NCBI GenBank assembly: GCA_964016885.1
Contig: OZ024743.1
Span: forward strand, 264,058,001 to 264,122,000
Length of the DNA: 64,000 bases
Source of the DNA: Eledone cirrhosa
Lineage: Eukaryota
Direction of reading: 5' to 3'
In this document: in pieces, positions 43,103 through 56,933 of the stretch
Position numbering within the stretch: the first letter of the stretch is position 1
How the letters are laid out: every line of letters starts with the position of its first letter
Position numbers and translations under genes: made by a program
Notes under the pieces: model-generated
The model's input: the letters and a program-made list of their open reading frames with translations, nothing else
What the model was told of the DNA's origin: nothing
The model's database searches: none

Positions 43103-46100
43103 ATTTCTTTATTAGCCACACAGGTCTCACATTAAGGAAACATTAAAGACGATACAGGATGATACACTCTGGGTTTTTCTTTGTGTAAAATAAAATTTAT
43201 AAAAGAGAGTAAGAAATTAAACGTTTAAAACAAACATAACAACTTCACCAAAGTTGAGGATATTCTAGAGGTCAATCGTGTAAAAATCCCACAAAATCCC
43301 CGGTCACCCTGTCCGCTAGGGCAAAGTGTCCTCTCCCAGTCTTTCTACTCCAATCTACAGGCGTATGCTGGAGGCAGGCTCATACGGACCATGCTCACCA
43401 CTCTCACCCAGCGTTGATGTTGTTCACTCTCACCACAGATCAGATGTCGTTGTGCATGGCAGTGATCCACCCTCTGAAGACGGGCCCAAAGCAATCAGGA
43501 TCGCCGCCAGATAACGATGTTATATCCTATTGGAAGCTTTCGACTGATCTAAATTGATCAAGGCCGCACCTGAGCCAGGTTCGTTAGCTACCCTCTCCAT
43601 GATGTATCGCATCAAGTGAAGGTTGTGGTAGATGGATTTGTCTGGAATGGCGCATGAGTGCGTCTCTCCTACTGGACCATCGACGACAAGCGCCAACAAA
43701 TTTGTTAGCACGTTGACCAAAATCTTGAACTCTGCGTTTAGCAGATTAATGGGCCTGAAATTATCAATGTTGTCCCTCTCTTCGGGTCTTTTCTCAGCAG
43801 CGCTACCGCTCCTCGGCTCACAGAGCTGGGAATTCTCCCGTTCTGCTGCCAGTTGCAGTAGACGTCCACCAAGAGGTCACCTAACAAGTCTGGCATGTGT
43901 ACGTAAAGCTTGTAGAGCAGACCATCCGAACCAGGCGATTTACCCATCGTGCAGTCAGTCATTGCCTCCCGTATTTCAGCGGCTGTTATCGGCTTTTCGC
44001 ATCACTCCACCACAGTGGCCGAGAGCCGCGGCAGACCGCCAACGTAGGCTCTAAAGTTCATACTGCGATCGAACCCACTGCTGTCCCCGAACAGCTGAGC
44101 GAAGTGCCGCTGAAAAGCCGAATAACATGCGCCCGTCGTGGTCCTCCAAAAACTGGATCATGGCTTTGTTGCCACGACGCGTTTCCGCCATCGGGCCCAT
44201 CTAACGGCTTTCGTCCCCTCGTGTGCCAGAGAAGGTGCCCTAGCTCTGACAACGCAACCTTCGTGAAGGGCCAATCTTGCCGCAAGCACGTCGGTTGCGA
44301 TGACTTTACTAAGCGCCTCTCCTAGTTTTCTAACTAGTTCTTCTACTCTTTTACTCTATTGCTGACACCTTTGTAAACCTAATGGATTCTATTCTAATCG
44401 CCCTTATCAGGGCGAACCACCATTTGTTGTTGACGACTACCCCGTCAACGCCCTCTTAACTAGTTCGTTAATTCGGTCTCTATAGGCTTTGCGCGTTGTC
44501 AGCGAGGCGTTTAGCTTCCAGTAGCCGGGTGCCTGTCAAATGAAGCCTAAGTCAACCATACAGATCACGAATGCATGGTCCTTGTAGTCGACTATTTGAG
44601 TTGTGGATAACCTAAGCTAGAACTATCTACTTCCTTACAAAATTCTCTATGTAGATGATCCCATGCGGTTTGTCCATGTCCACATTGGCACATTCGGGAA
44701 ATCGAGTAGCATACCTTTCAGACAGTTGGAAACATCTGAGCAGGTTTGCGAGGTTTTACACCCTCCTCCCGCTAATCCCACACAATCCCAGCGTGCATCC
44801 AAGATCCCGTTCCAACCGCCCACTAACATTAAAGAACGGGACGTTCCTATGAAGGTCTCCAGTCGCCTGAAGAAATCAGGCCATCCTCCTCCTGTCGGAG
44901 CATAAAGAGCCACTAGCCTAAAAATATAGCCTTCATTGCTGGTCACGACCAACACCACCGACTTACCCTGTGGGTCCTGGAAGATGGTCAGTATCACAAG
45001 ATCCAGGCCTCTCCGAAACAACACAGTGACTCCGCCTCCCGATCCTGGCCGGCTTGGAGATGCGTACACATGCGTACACAATTGTTTATTGTTCAAGTTT
45101 AATGCTGTGTAGTGTTTCGGTTTGTTTATTTTGTGTTGCGTTTGCGTTTGTTGTGGGTTTGATTCTGTTTCGCTTGTTGGTGTTTTTTGTAATGTTGGTG
45201 ATGGTGGTGTTGGTGTTTGTGGCGATGGGGCTGGTGATGCTGATATGGGGGGGGGGTGCTGGTGGTGTAGCTGTCTTGACTTTCTTGTTTTTTGTTTGTT
45301 TCGCCCTCTATTCTTTGGAGGGCGAAGGAAGAGAGTTCTTTCTTTCTGGTTTCTTTTTTTACAGATACAGTTTTCCACCCTTCTCCACGTCACAATCCGC
45401 CTCTAGATGTGAGAGTACGAGAAGTGGAAGTTCATTCACAGGCATTGGTGTTAGTTATAGTGTGGTGTTTGGTTGTGACACTAGTGCTACTTCTGGCGTG
45501 GTGGGTGGTGGTGGTGGTGATAGTCTTGCAATCGTTGCTGCTACAGTTGCTGATGCCGTTGCTGCATCTGTTTTTGCTGGTTCAGCCAGTGGGGCAGACA
45601 GGAGTGGTGGCCTTAATTTTTTAGCAATCCCCTGAGAGCAGAAGGCCTTTAGATGGGTTCCATCACCACAAACAACAGACCTTAGCCTTCTACCTTCAAC
45701 GATTACGGAGAGGTGGCTGCCGTCTTCGAGGTCTATCACCTCTGGAAATTCCTGGTTGCTTTTCTGATCCGTCTGGATCAGGAGCGCCATTCCAGAATCG
45801 GACCAGTTCTCCTGTTTTATTTTTATAACTTGGATGACCTTTGTGTTGTCCTCGATGTCGGCGAGGACGGCAGCCATCAGCCAGGGAATTTCAATGACCG
45901 GTGGTTCCTGGTTCACTTTTACCCTCACGAGCCTTTGTCCGCAGTTACCTGGGACTAGTGTGAGCTCGTCGCTTTTTAGTGGAGCCATGAAGTGCGCTCT
46001 GGCTTCCTGTGGGGTTTGGAAAAACACATCGACGGTCCCATATCTTCGTCCACGTATGATGTGGGTTTTCTGAGCCCACACAAGTCCCATACCCTTTTGG

Positions 46101-46907
46101 ATCTGGGACTTGGATGCTTACTCCCCTCGGCTTGTCTTCGAGTACGGTATGATACTGTACATATCCTCCGATGTTGCATGGTGTTTGATGGAGGAGTGAG
46201 GCTGACCCTGTAGCCATTTTTCTTCAGCATTCGCCTGGCCGCATTCAGTTGTTCCTGGCTTACCTCAATCGTTTCATTCTTGTTTGTCGCTTTCGCAAAA
46301 TACATATTTGGTTTTACACCGGTGTTTGTGGTGTTGTTGTTATTCTCATTGTTGCTGCTGTTGGTGTTGGTGGTGTTGTTGTTATTGTTGTTCTTGCTAT
46401 TATTATTTTTTGTTTCAGTTGTTGCTGCGGTGCTGATGCTGGTGGTGGAGGTGTTATCTGTGGTGTTGGCCGCACCTACCGTCGTTGTGGTTAAGGTGGT
46501 GGCATTCAGCGTGGTAATGATTGGCAGAGCAGGAAAGTCCGCTATGTTTTCACCAGATGAATTTTCGTCGCTACTGTTGCTGCTGCTAATTCTGTTCTTA
46601 CTGCCGTTGTTATTGTTTGCAGGATTTGGGCTGTTCCACTCTATGGACAGCCCGCCATTCTGTTTAGCGGACGTAATATTTTTGTCCACCATCTTAAGTT
46701 TCGTAGAAAATTGAGGGTTGTGTTTCAAAAACAAACACAGATTTGGCCCATAAGGGCTTGAAGTGGTGCTAAACGAGCCAGCTCACAGGGATACTGGCTT
46801 ACTTTGCTTCAAATGGCTATAAAAATTTCAATGCAAAAGGATGGATAACATTGAAAATAGAACAAACTTACAGGAGTGAAGGGAACCATGTCTTGAAAGA
46901 CTGAACC
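43103..46907 (-). mobile_element. Tx1/L1-clade LINE copy A (ORF1 plus internally deleted ORF2)
   Basis: ORF1 fragments at 46734-45455 with a degenerate zinc knuckle (SVVCGDGTHLKAFC). APE motifs GGVTVLF, LVALYAPT, VGGWN, WTWTN. RT motifs KSPGSDGL and INLDQSKA. AATAAA precedes (ATT)n at the 3' end. Confidence 0.88.
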
Positions 46908-46943
46908 ATAATAATAATAACAATAACAATAATAATAATAATG

Positions 46944-49900
46944 CTTTCTTTATTAACCACAAGGGTTTACATAAAGTAGACATTAAGGACAGTACAGAAC
47001 AATACAGGACGGTACAAATGGGCATTTCTGCGTGTAAAACAAACAAAAAAGAGGATGTAACAAAAAATAACAGTGAAAAATTCACCAATAGGGGGGAGAC
47101 TTCCGAGGGACATTTGTGGAGAAAGCCCATTAAAAGGCCACAGTGACCCTGACCACCAGGGCAAATGCCCTCTCCCAGTTTTCCACCTTTAATTTACAGA
47201 CACATACTCAGAGTAGGCCCATTCACTCGGGCCATACTTGCTTCTCTCACCCATCTTTCAACAAAATGCTGGGAAGAGAGCACCTCCCCCTCTACCCTGA
47301 TTTTCCTTTTCAAATGAAATTTGTAAAAGTTAATCAGGGCATCACTGAAGAGGTAAGTGCTCGTCTTCAGCCCTTTCAGACGCGTCCACCATACTATCTC
47401 TTTCGCCATGGCCACCAGACAGATAAAAATTGCCTGCCTTTCCCGGCTAAAGGAAGAGGCGGGGGGGGGGGGCAATCCTCACGATGGACTCAGGTGTTCG
47501 ACATAAACCCACAAGTCAGCAATGCTCGGACACTGGACGAGTGCGTGCAGGACGGTTACGTCGCCCTGCGCGCATCTCGGACATTCCTGGCTGACGGCAC
47601 CTGCATCCCTGTAGAGTTTATCCCGAACTGGCAAAGCTCCTGGGTAGCACTGCCAGGCCAGGGATTTCTGGAAGTTATCTATAGGCCCCGGCCCGAAAGT
47701 TCTTCCAAAGAGATTGGCTAGTTGATTTCCGTCGACGCCTAGAGTTTCTCCAAGTATGTCGTCGCTCTTCCTCTCCACTAATCCTCTATAGAACGCCAAG
47801 GTGGAGTTTCCACCGATTACATTGCCTGATTGGTCGAGGGCTGTGAGCGCCTGAAGACATTCCAGTCTCCAAGCGCTCCCTCTCGGTCTTCGCTTGATCC
47901 AGGACTGCAGCTCCGTCAGGGAGACGAGCTGGGGAAAGACGCGTCTAGCAAACGGCGACCACACCTGATCACCGTCGAGGAAGATGTGGAGATGTCGTAG
48001 CCTGAGCGCGTGTCTGTACACCATCAGCCACGGCATGCCCAGCCCTCCACGTAGCGGGTGTTGACAGCAGATGGATCGCCTGACCATCGGAGCGCGTCCT
48101 TTCCACAAAAAGCGAAAGAGCAAACGCTCCATCGCAGTCAGGCGGGGCTTAGGACAAGGTACGACGGTCAGGCGGTAGTAGATGACGGACGCGATGTACG
48201 CGTTAGCCACCTCCGCTCGACCTTTCAGGGATAGTTTCTTCTCCGCACATTTCTGGGTGAGAGAAGCCATCCTGCTCGTCACCTCGTCCCAGTTTTTGTC
48301 CGTCTGGAGGTCCGGGCCGAATCAGACCCCTAGCAATTTAACCGGTCCGTCCGTCCAGCGCCCGACGACGCTGTTGGACGGCATGGACCTGCCTCTCCAG
48401 GTGCCGAGCTGCAGGCCCACTGACTTTTCCTGGTTGATCATTGCTCCTGTCACCGCTTCTTATTCTCCTAGTGTAGTGCCAATCGCCTCGATGTGTTTGG
48501 CGTTCGACACCACTACGGTTACATCGTCCGCATATGCTGATACGGATCTTCCGCATCCTAGTTCGCGCGGGATCCCCCTCAACGTCTCCAGTTTGTGCAG
48601 TAATGGCTCGAGAGGCAATACGTACAAGAGGGACGAGAGGGGACATCCTTGGCGAACCGAGCGCATGATGTTGAACGATTCCGAAAGGTCACCGTTCACT
48701 CTCACCACAGAGCAGATGTGGCTGTGCATGCCAGCGATCCAGCCTCTGAAGACGGGCCCAAAGCGAGCCGCCCACAGGACTGCCGCTATGCAACGATGGT
48801 CGACCCTATCGAAAGCTTGCGACTGATCTAAATTGATCAAGGACCCGCCCGTGCCAGGTTCCCTAGCTACCCTCTCTACGATGTATCGCATGAGGTGGAA
48901 GTTGTCGTGGATGGATCTGTCGGGAATGGCGCATGTCTGCGCCTCTCCCACCAGACCACCCCCGGCAAGCGCCAACCTCTTTGCTAGAACCTTGACCAAA
49001 ATCTTGAACTCTGTATTCAGCAGAGTTATTGGCCTGAAATTATCTATGTTATCCCCCTCATTCGGATCTTTTCTCAGCAGCGTCACAGCTCCTGGGCTCA
49101 CAGAGCTGGGAAATCTCCCGTTTTGTTGCCAGTTGCAGTAGACGTCCGCTAAGAGGCCTCCGAACAAGTCTGGCATATGTACGTAAAGTTCATAGGGCAG
49201 ACCATCCAAAACCAGGCGATTTACCCCTTGTGCAGCCAGTCTTTGCCTCTCGTATTTCCGCGGCTGTTATCGGCTTTTAGCAACACCCCGCTTGAGTGGC
49301 CGAGAGCCGCGGCAGTCCGTGGAGGTAGACACTAAAGTCCATCCCTCGATCCGGCCCACCGCTGGCCCCGAACAGCTGAGCGAATTGTCGTTGAAAAGCT
49401 TGACACATTTGACCGGGATCGAGTAGCATGCGCCCTTCGTGGTCCACCAAAGACCGGATCGTGGCTTTGTTTCCATGACGCGCTCCGCCACTCGGACCCA
49501 TTGAACGGCTTTCGTCACCTCGTGTCTGAGAGCACGCACCCTAGCTCTGACAACGCAGCCTTCGTGCTTTGAATTGAAGAATTGGTCAAGGGCCAATTTC
49601 GCCGCAAGTACGTCGGTCGCGATGCCTTTGCTAAGCGCCTCGTCTAGTTTTCTAACTATTTCTCCCTCTGCTCTATTTTTCTCTATTGCTAAAGCCTTAC
49701 TAAACCAAATGGATTCTATTCTAATCGCTCTTTTCAGAGTAAACCACCACTTGTTGTTGACGATGGCCCCCATCAACGCCCGCTTAACTAGTTCGCTAAT
49801 CCGGTCTCTGTAGGCATTAACGCTAGTAAGGACGCGTTTAGCTTCCAGTAGCCGTGTCCTCGTCTATGAAGCCTATCTAAGTCAAGCACACAGATCACGA

Positions 49901-51883
49901 ATTTTTGGTCCGTGTAGCTGACTATCTTGAATTGTGGACAGCCTATGCTAGACCTATCTATTTCCCTACAAAATACTCTATCTAGATATGATCTGGATGA
50001 CCCGATACGATTTGTCCAAGTCGACATTGGCACATTCGGGAAATCCAATCGTTACCTCTCACACAGTTCAAAACGCCTGAGCAGGTTGGTGAGGTTCTTG
50101 CACCCTCCTTCCCTATCCGCTAATCCCACACAGTCTCCGCGTGCATCTAAGTTCCAGTCGCCCACTAACACTAAAGAGCGGGACGTTCCAAGAAAGGTCT
50201 CCAGACGCCGGTAGAAATCAGGCCGCCCTGCTCCTGTCGGGGCATAGACGGCCACTAGCCTGAAAGCTTGCCCGTCTCCGCTGGTCACGTCCAGCACCAC
50301 CAAATTACATTCTGTGTCCAGGAATATGGCCCGTATGGCGAGATCCAAACCTCTCCGAAAAAGCACAGCAACTCCTCCCCGATCCCTGACGGCTGGGAGA
50401 TGCGGACACATCGTAGCCGCCGAAGATCGGTGTGAAGGCCCGTGCTTCGGAGATTCTGGTCTCGCTGATGGCCGCTACATGTATGTTTAATGACCTAAGG
50501 TCGTTGAGCATGTGGCCTTGCTTCCATGTCGACCCCAAGCCACGCGCATTTATCTGCCTATTCTGAGTGAGGTCATGTTGAAATGGAGTGGAAAAGATAG
50601 GAAAGAAGAATGGTTTCTCCATCCTTTTCACTGCTTGTGGCCTCCTCCAGAAGGATGTCCTTATAAATCCTCCTGGAGTGTGCTTGTCGGAAGTCTCCGA
50701 TATCTTTGGGGAATTTTTTTTTTAGCGTCGTGTACGTTTTCGTGTGATGCGAGTGATTTTTATGTGTGGAGGTGGTGTGATCTTTTGGGTTGTTGTGTAG
50801 TCTTTTTCTGTGATGCTGGTGTTGGATGTAGTGTAATAATTTGTTGTTGTTCAAATTTAATGCTGTGTAGTGTGTATCGTTTTGGTTGTTTTGTTTTGTT
50901 TGCGTTTGTTGTGAGTTTGTTTCTGTTTCTCTTTTTGGTGACTTTTGTGGTGTTGGTGATGGTGGTGTTGGGGTTAATGATGGTGATGGTGTTGGTGTTT
51001 GTGGTGATGGGGTTGGTGATGCTGGTGTGGATGGTGGCATAGCTGTCCTAACTTTTTTGTTTGATAGTTTATTTGTTTCCCTCTTTATTTTGCTTTTGGA
51101 GGGGGAAATAAGAAGATTTTTTTTGGGGGGGTTTCTTTTTCTTTTTTTCCCTTTTCCTGATACCGTTTCCCACTCCTCGTCGTAACAATCTGTCTCCAGT
51201 TGCGATAGGTCGGGGAGTGGAAAATCCCTGTACCCATCTTTCTTTACCATTTTTTTGGCTTCTTCTAATTGCTCCTGAGTTACCTGGAATGCTTCGCACT
51301 TTTTTGCTACTCTGGCAAAAGACAGGGTGGTTTTCTTATTCTCATTGTTGCTGTTGTTGTTATCGTTATTTTTGTTATTGTTAATTTTAGTTTAAGTAGT
51401 TCTGGTGGTGGCGTCAGTGGTGTTCTGTGTGGAAGAGTTCATTCTGGGTAAATTCATTTCGATATCACGAGATAATTTATTTTTTCCTTTTGTTTCTGTT
51501 GTCGCTGTGATGGGGGGTGCTTCAACACCTGCAGTCATTGGTAATGGCGGGAAATGAATGTCTGCCTGAGACAAATTTAAAATATGGCTACTGCTTATAT
51601 TTTTAGTGTTGGCAAACGTAATAATATTTACAATGATGGTGTCGGTGTGAGGTGTTAGTTTGTGAGGAAGGTGTGACACTGAGTCGTCCATGATTTTTTC
51701 AAAGAAAAATTTTTGTTTGAAAATTATAAAAGTTTAAATTGTGAGTGTCCTTTTCAGAAAACAATGTATGTGCATTTATATACAGTTAACAATAAACATT
51801 TTCCATAAATGGCTATTTTAAACAACTGAAAATAACCAACCTTTGCGGAGCTCACGATAATACGATTTACTACGTAGGTCGCC
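46944..51883 (-). mobile_element. Tx1/L1-clade LINE copy B (frameshifted near-complete ORF2, reduced ORF1)
   Basis: INARGL..ISETR, VAVYAPT, LVGDWN, YLDRVF, GYWKLNASLL, NFRPITLLN, VRQGCPLS, AYADDVT, GGLGMP, and C-terminal CPRC..LHALVQC. Confidence 0.93.
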
Positions 51884-51907
51884 AATAATAATAATAATAA
51901 TAATGAT

Positions 51908-52075
51908 GTTTCTACATTTGGCACAATGCCAGCAATTACCCCAGTGCATTACTGCTGCATTATTTTATCCATGGCAAAGTTAACCTCGGCGGGTTTTTGA
52001 ACTCAGAACGTAAAGGCCATAACTCATTGCTGCAAATCATGGTGTGTGGCGCTCTACTAGTACTGTCAAACCACC
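51908..52075 (-). mobile_element. tRNA-derived SINE with internal deletion and (ATT)n tail
   Basis: Family A/B boxes and 3' end are present. Confidence 0.85.
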
Positions 52076-52654
52076 ACCCAAAAGTAATTATATTAAACAT
52101 GCTATATACGTAACATGTAGTATAGTATTAGATTAATGGTATCTTTTTAGCCAAACAAGAGAAAAGACACATGTTAACATTGTCGTTTCTAGAATTGCCG
52201 TCTAACCAGTAGCGTGAATAAATAACAATAATGCTCCTTGTGTCCTTCCCTTTCCCAAATACAGTTGTGTGTGATTGAAAGAGGAGTGTGGGAGAGAGCG
52301 ACAGAGTATAATTTGGCTGTTATTTCTAGCAGGAAACATTCGTTGCATTTAATGCGGCATTTTGCCTATTTTCCCTATTCGTGGTTCTTTGTTTTCGTCT
52401 AATACGAAAGAATCTAAATTTAGTAAGTTGGTAATCGCTGCGAGTACTGATACCTATTTCACCGGCAATTAACCAGCTTCTATCTGTAAGTAATTATCAA
52501 TGATTTGCTTCTCACATTTGAGAGTTCATTAAAGAAATAAAGATCTTTATCGGATTGACTCAGATGTAATGAAAATTGAAAATAATGAATGACTTTTACA
52601 TCCGCTATCGACAATGGAAAATAAAAAAATAAATTCATTATTTATTATCTTAAA

Positions 52655-52843
52655 GGGCGGTGTATTGGCAGTATCGGTAGAGGGTCGGGCGCCATGCTTT
52701 CCAGCATAGTTACGTCCCTTTACGATCTGAGTTCAAATCCCGCCGAGGTTGACTTTGCCTTTCATCCTTACGGGGTCGATAAAATAAAGTACCAGTAATA
52801 CACTGGGTAATTGCTGGCCTTGTGCCTAAAGTAGAAACAATTA
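52655..52843 (+). mobile_element. Full-length young tRNA-derived SINE with target-site duplication
   Basis: Intact A/B boxes. ATTATTTATTATCTTAAA is repeated at 52637-52654 and 52840-52857. Confidence 0.93.
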
Positions 52844-53792
52844 TTTATTATCTTAAATTACCTACCTCCTTTTGGTGATAAACAAATAAAATCTCCTACA
52901 GAGAAAACATTCTCAGTAATGAACTATACATTTATTTCTGCCACTGTTAAACAACAACCTTTTAAAGAACTGTTGTACATCTATTACAGTGAAGGGACAG
53001 CTATCATCTATTTCGTATTACAACTATCTACAGAAAGCCATGTCTACAGGGGTTTGAAATGCAATCCTAAGGAACCAACTGTAGCTGGCATTCTGTTTGG
53101 GATGCCGAGGCAAGTTAATTATAAAGACTGTTAACTATAAAGAAACGTTACGGCTGTTCATATAAAGTACAGTATAGATAGATCGGAGAGAAACGTAATG
53201 TTCTGATTTCAAATTTCACAGAGGTTATTATTATCCCAGATCCAATCTGGGTCTTTATAATGCGTATTCTTTTCTGATTTTTGTTTAGTTCTAGATATAT
53301 TTTGATGTAGTAGATATATAAGGACATTCCAGCCACGAACACAGCAAATTCATTTTCATAGATCCTATATTTAAGATTCTATTGAATATATTGTATTCTT
53401 TCTCTTTTAACGTAAAAGGACTTTGACTAGATACTACATTCCATTTTGTCCGTATGTGGTTTAGCGATTCTGCCAATCCATCGAATCTTTTACATATTTC
53501 TTGAAAACCTATTTTACCAGCATCATAAAGTCAGCATAAGCCGGGAGCCATCATAGAAAGCAATTTATGTGCATTAGATCGTATTGCAGTTTGTTACACA
53601 TAAAATAACCTTATTAAGTTTATTTTCAAATATACATTGCAATCTGATCAGCAATTGTGTCGTTAATCACTGCATTGCTGATAGTGACATTACCATGAGA
53701 ATATCTGTAACATCGGATAGAAGAAATATCGCAAGGGACCTCGTTTGCCGAGCTCCATCATTATTTTTTTTACCTATGTCTTAGTTGTTCGT

Positions 53793-54082
53793 GGAGGCAC
53801 GTGGCCTAGTAGCAAGGGTGTTGGACTTAGGATCATAATATCATGGGTACGATTCCTGGGTTGCGTGTTATGTTCTTGAGCAAAACACTTCATTCCACGT
53901 TGCTCCAGTATATTTAGCTGAAAATGAGTACTAGCAATAGCTGTGGGTTTAACCCTGCGATGGACTGGCGTCCTGTCCAGCGGCGTGTCTTGTGCTCTCA
54001 GTCGCTTCACACTATGAAACTGGGATAAGCACCGGCCTTATGAGCCTTCTAGATTAAGAAAGACTTTAGACTTTTTAGACTA
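53793..54082 (+). mobile_element. Second tRNA-SINE family with CORE-like and V-domain-like segments
   Basis: GTGGCCTAGTAG A-box, GGTACGATTCC B-box, TTCTTGAGCAAAACACTT, CCCTGCGATGGACTGGCGTCCTGTCCAG, and an (AGACTTT)n tail. Confidence 0.75.
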
Positions 54083-54534
54083 AGTTCTTCACGAAACCAT
54101 GTGGTTTCAAAATTACACCACTCTACCAGCCCTCATACTTATTGTTGTTTATTTGTTCTGATTTACCATATATGTAATGAAAGTGATAAAGCCCTGGCTA
54201 TAATGTATGTTTTTATGATTATATGTAAATATACCCTTCATTTATAACGGCGTTTAGTTGCTATTTGAACTAGGAGGTTGTGCGACAACATGGGGAATCT
54301 TGTTGCTCACTCTTGCTTTATTTAAACAGATGGGCGTTGTGGTTTTAGAGAACTTTGATGCTCTACTAGTAGGTCGAGTAACAATGTAGAAACATCCCAC
54401 CTCCCTGAGATGAGTAAAGATTTACTTATATTGGTGTGATTTAAAGGAATTTGGCTGCGACCACATAGACATTTGTCATTAGTTTGCAGTGACTGGTTAA
54501 GTAAGGCATTTGTGACTGCAAGTGTATTCCTTAT

Positions 54535-54632
54535 TTTAACTTTGCCTTTCCTCCTTACGGGGTCGATAAAATAAAGTACCAGTAAAGTACTGGGTAACTG
54601 CTGGCCTTGTGCCCAAAGTAGAAACAATTATT
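54535..54632 (+). mobile_element. SINE 3' half
   Basis: Core plus GTAGAAACAATTAT. Confidence 0.85.
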
Positions 54633-56933
54633 TTAACTACATTAGTTGAATGATAATGTCAGCATCGGGGCTTCTGCTGTTTTTGTTGTTAGTGGATTGT
54701 TTATTATAAGCAGCCATCAAATATGTTGTTGTGATTGTATTATTTTCTTGGCTCTGATTGAATAGATTTATAATCAGTTATTCCATTTATGATAATATTG
54801 CCTTTTGCAAACTTTGTACCAAGAACAGCACTATCCAATTTGCCTTTCCTTCTTAAGACGGCAGGATGGTATTAGTGTAGTGTTGTGCTGTTATATCAAG
54901 CATACTCAGCAACCACGTAGAGGCCGCCTTCATTAGCTCGAAGAATATATACATAATCCTTGAGTGTGAGAAATTTTTCAGTTGCCAACTCATTACCTCA
55001 ATAAACTAAAGTGTTAGAAATTCAATATCACCCTTCTTTCAAATTGTGTTACACGATAGGATATGCTGTACAGCTTCTGTGAGAGAAAGAAAATACCTCC
55101 ATATTTTATGTAATACTTTCGTCGACATTTGACCTTAATGTATAATCATAACTTACCGAGGAATATTTATCTTTGCTCTATAATAGTTTTGTATCATATT
55201 TATAATAGAACGTGTATCATATTTCTCTTTTCTCTGCCAATCACATAACTCCATGTGTAAACAGTTATTCCTTATACAAAAATTGTACTATCAAGAATTT
55301 TTTGGATGTTAATCAGGGCTCCTGTGTAGATCAAACACAACAAAACACTCTTCGCAGTTGAGCAAACGAATTCATTATCCCCAGCTGCGTTGCTCTTATC
55401 CATCAAATTTATGGAGCAATCAACTCAGCATGTCTCTTTTGACACATGAATAAATCTCTGTTATGAATGACGCGGTATGTTGAAATCAAAATATTAATCT
55501 TTTGACAAACTACAGGATTCTTACAAGTGGTGCTTACCAACAGCATTTGTAGCATTAGGTGCATGAGAGCCAAATCATTCGGTTTTTCTCTGGATAATAT
55601 GCTAATTCATTTACCCATATATATTGAACTTATTCTCCAGTTAGAATTTATTGTCAATCTCAGAATGGCATAACGAACTACCCGCAGAGTAATATGAATT
55701 TATGACTCTCTATCTCCTCTAGCTACGCACCAGATTCTGAAATATTGCAAAGAAGAAAAACTTCCCGGGTTTTCATTTCTTTTGCAAAATGAAAAGTCAC
55801 TTCTAGGAGCTCGGTGAGATGTTCTAAAATGATTTTAATTCCTGGTTGGAAATACTTCATTATACGTTACAAATTTGGACAGTTTAATTTTCAGTAGAAT
55901 ATTAGTCAACTACTGAAATATTAGTCAAATCTGTTTCAAACCACGTGCTATCATCGTTTAAAAAACGAATGACATATTGGATAATTTCACGAATATATAG
56001 CGTTTGCAAAAAACGACAATGTGGATATGAATGGAAAACCATTATTTACCGGTCTGCTAAACTGAGTTTGTCTTGGGTCTTTTTCTTCCTCTCCCCGAGA
56101 AAGTGCACGGGGTTGCTGAGAACAGAGAAAGACAAGACATAGAGAACATAATTCAAATAGAGAAAATATAACATTTGATGCTGCTTCTGACTTTTGAAAA
56201 TTATATTGGTCACGAAAGCAAGAAGACGGAAAGGAATTTCACAAGTGAGATGTGCGAGACAAGAATGCTGAATGCAGAATGTGCGATTGCATTTAGGATT
56301 TAGGAAGTTCAACTGCAAATGGTTTGGACCTCGCTGTCAATCTGGTTCTCGGTTTGAACTCGTGAATACGAGGCAACAACGAGGATAGCTCTTCATGATA
56401 ACAATTATAATTTTATTATAATTTCAACTTGGGCAATTATTCTTCCATGGTTGATGTATAAAATACTAATTCAAGGCAGTGTACTGGCAGATTCATTAGA
56501 GTGTAAGGACTGTAGTATTTTTTACGACTCTTTGTTGTCTGCGATCAATTCCCACGTGATAGACTTAATCCTTCACCCAGTTTGAAGCAAAAACGGGTTG
56601 TTTGTTACCTTTAGAATCAACATATTTGCAAGCATTCGGGGCAAGATTCCAGATTGAGGATGCCACCTGTCTCCTCCCCCATCCTACTCGAAGATCATGA
56701 AAATTGTCATAGGCATTATGCCTATTACTGTCTAAGTGATTGCAAACACAGGATGGTCACACACGTAGAGTAATAGACTAGATTGTAAGATAACTCTGCC
56801 CCAATATACCTCACCACAATTCTTCACTACATTCCACACTATATTCAAACCTATATGCCCTATTACATCCCACCATTGCTCGGTGAATATCTGACCAAGA
56901 TCACAAAGTGAAGTATAAGAACTATGCTGATTA

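Noticed and set aside
52655-52745. tRNA genes
   Set aside because: The A/B boxes belong to SINE heads; no cloverleaf, and a SINE body follows.
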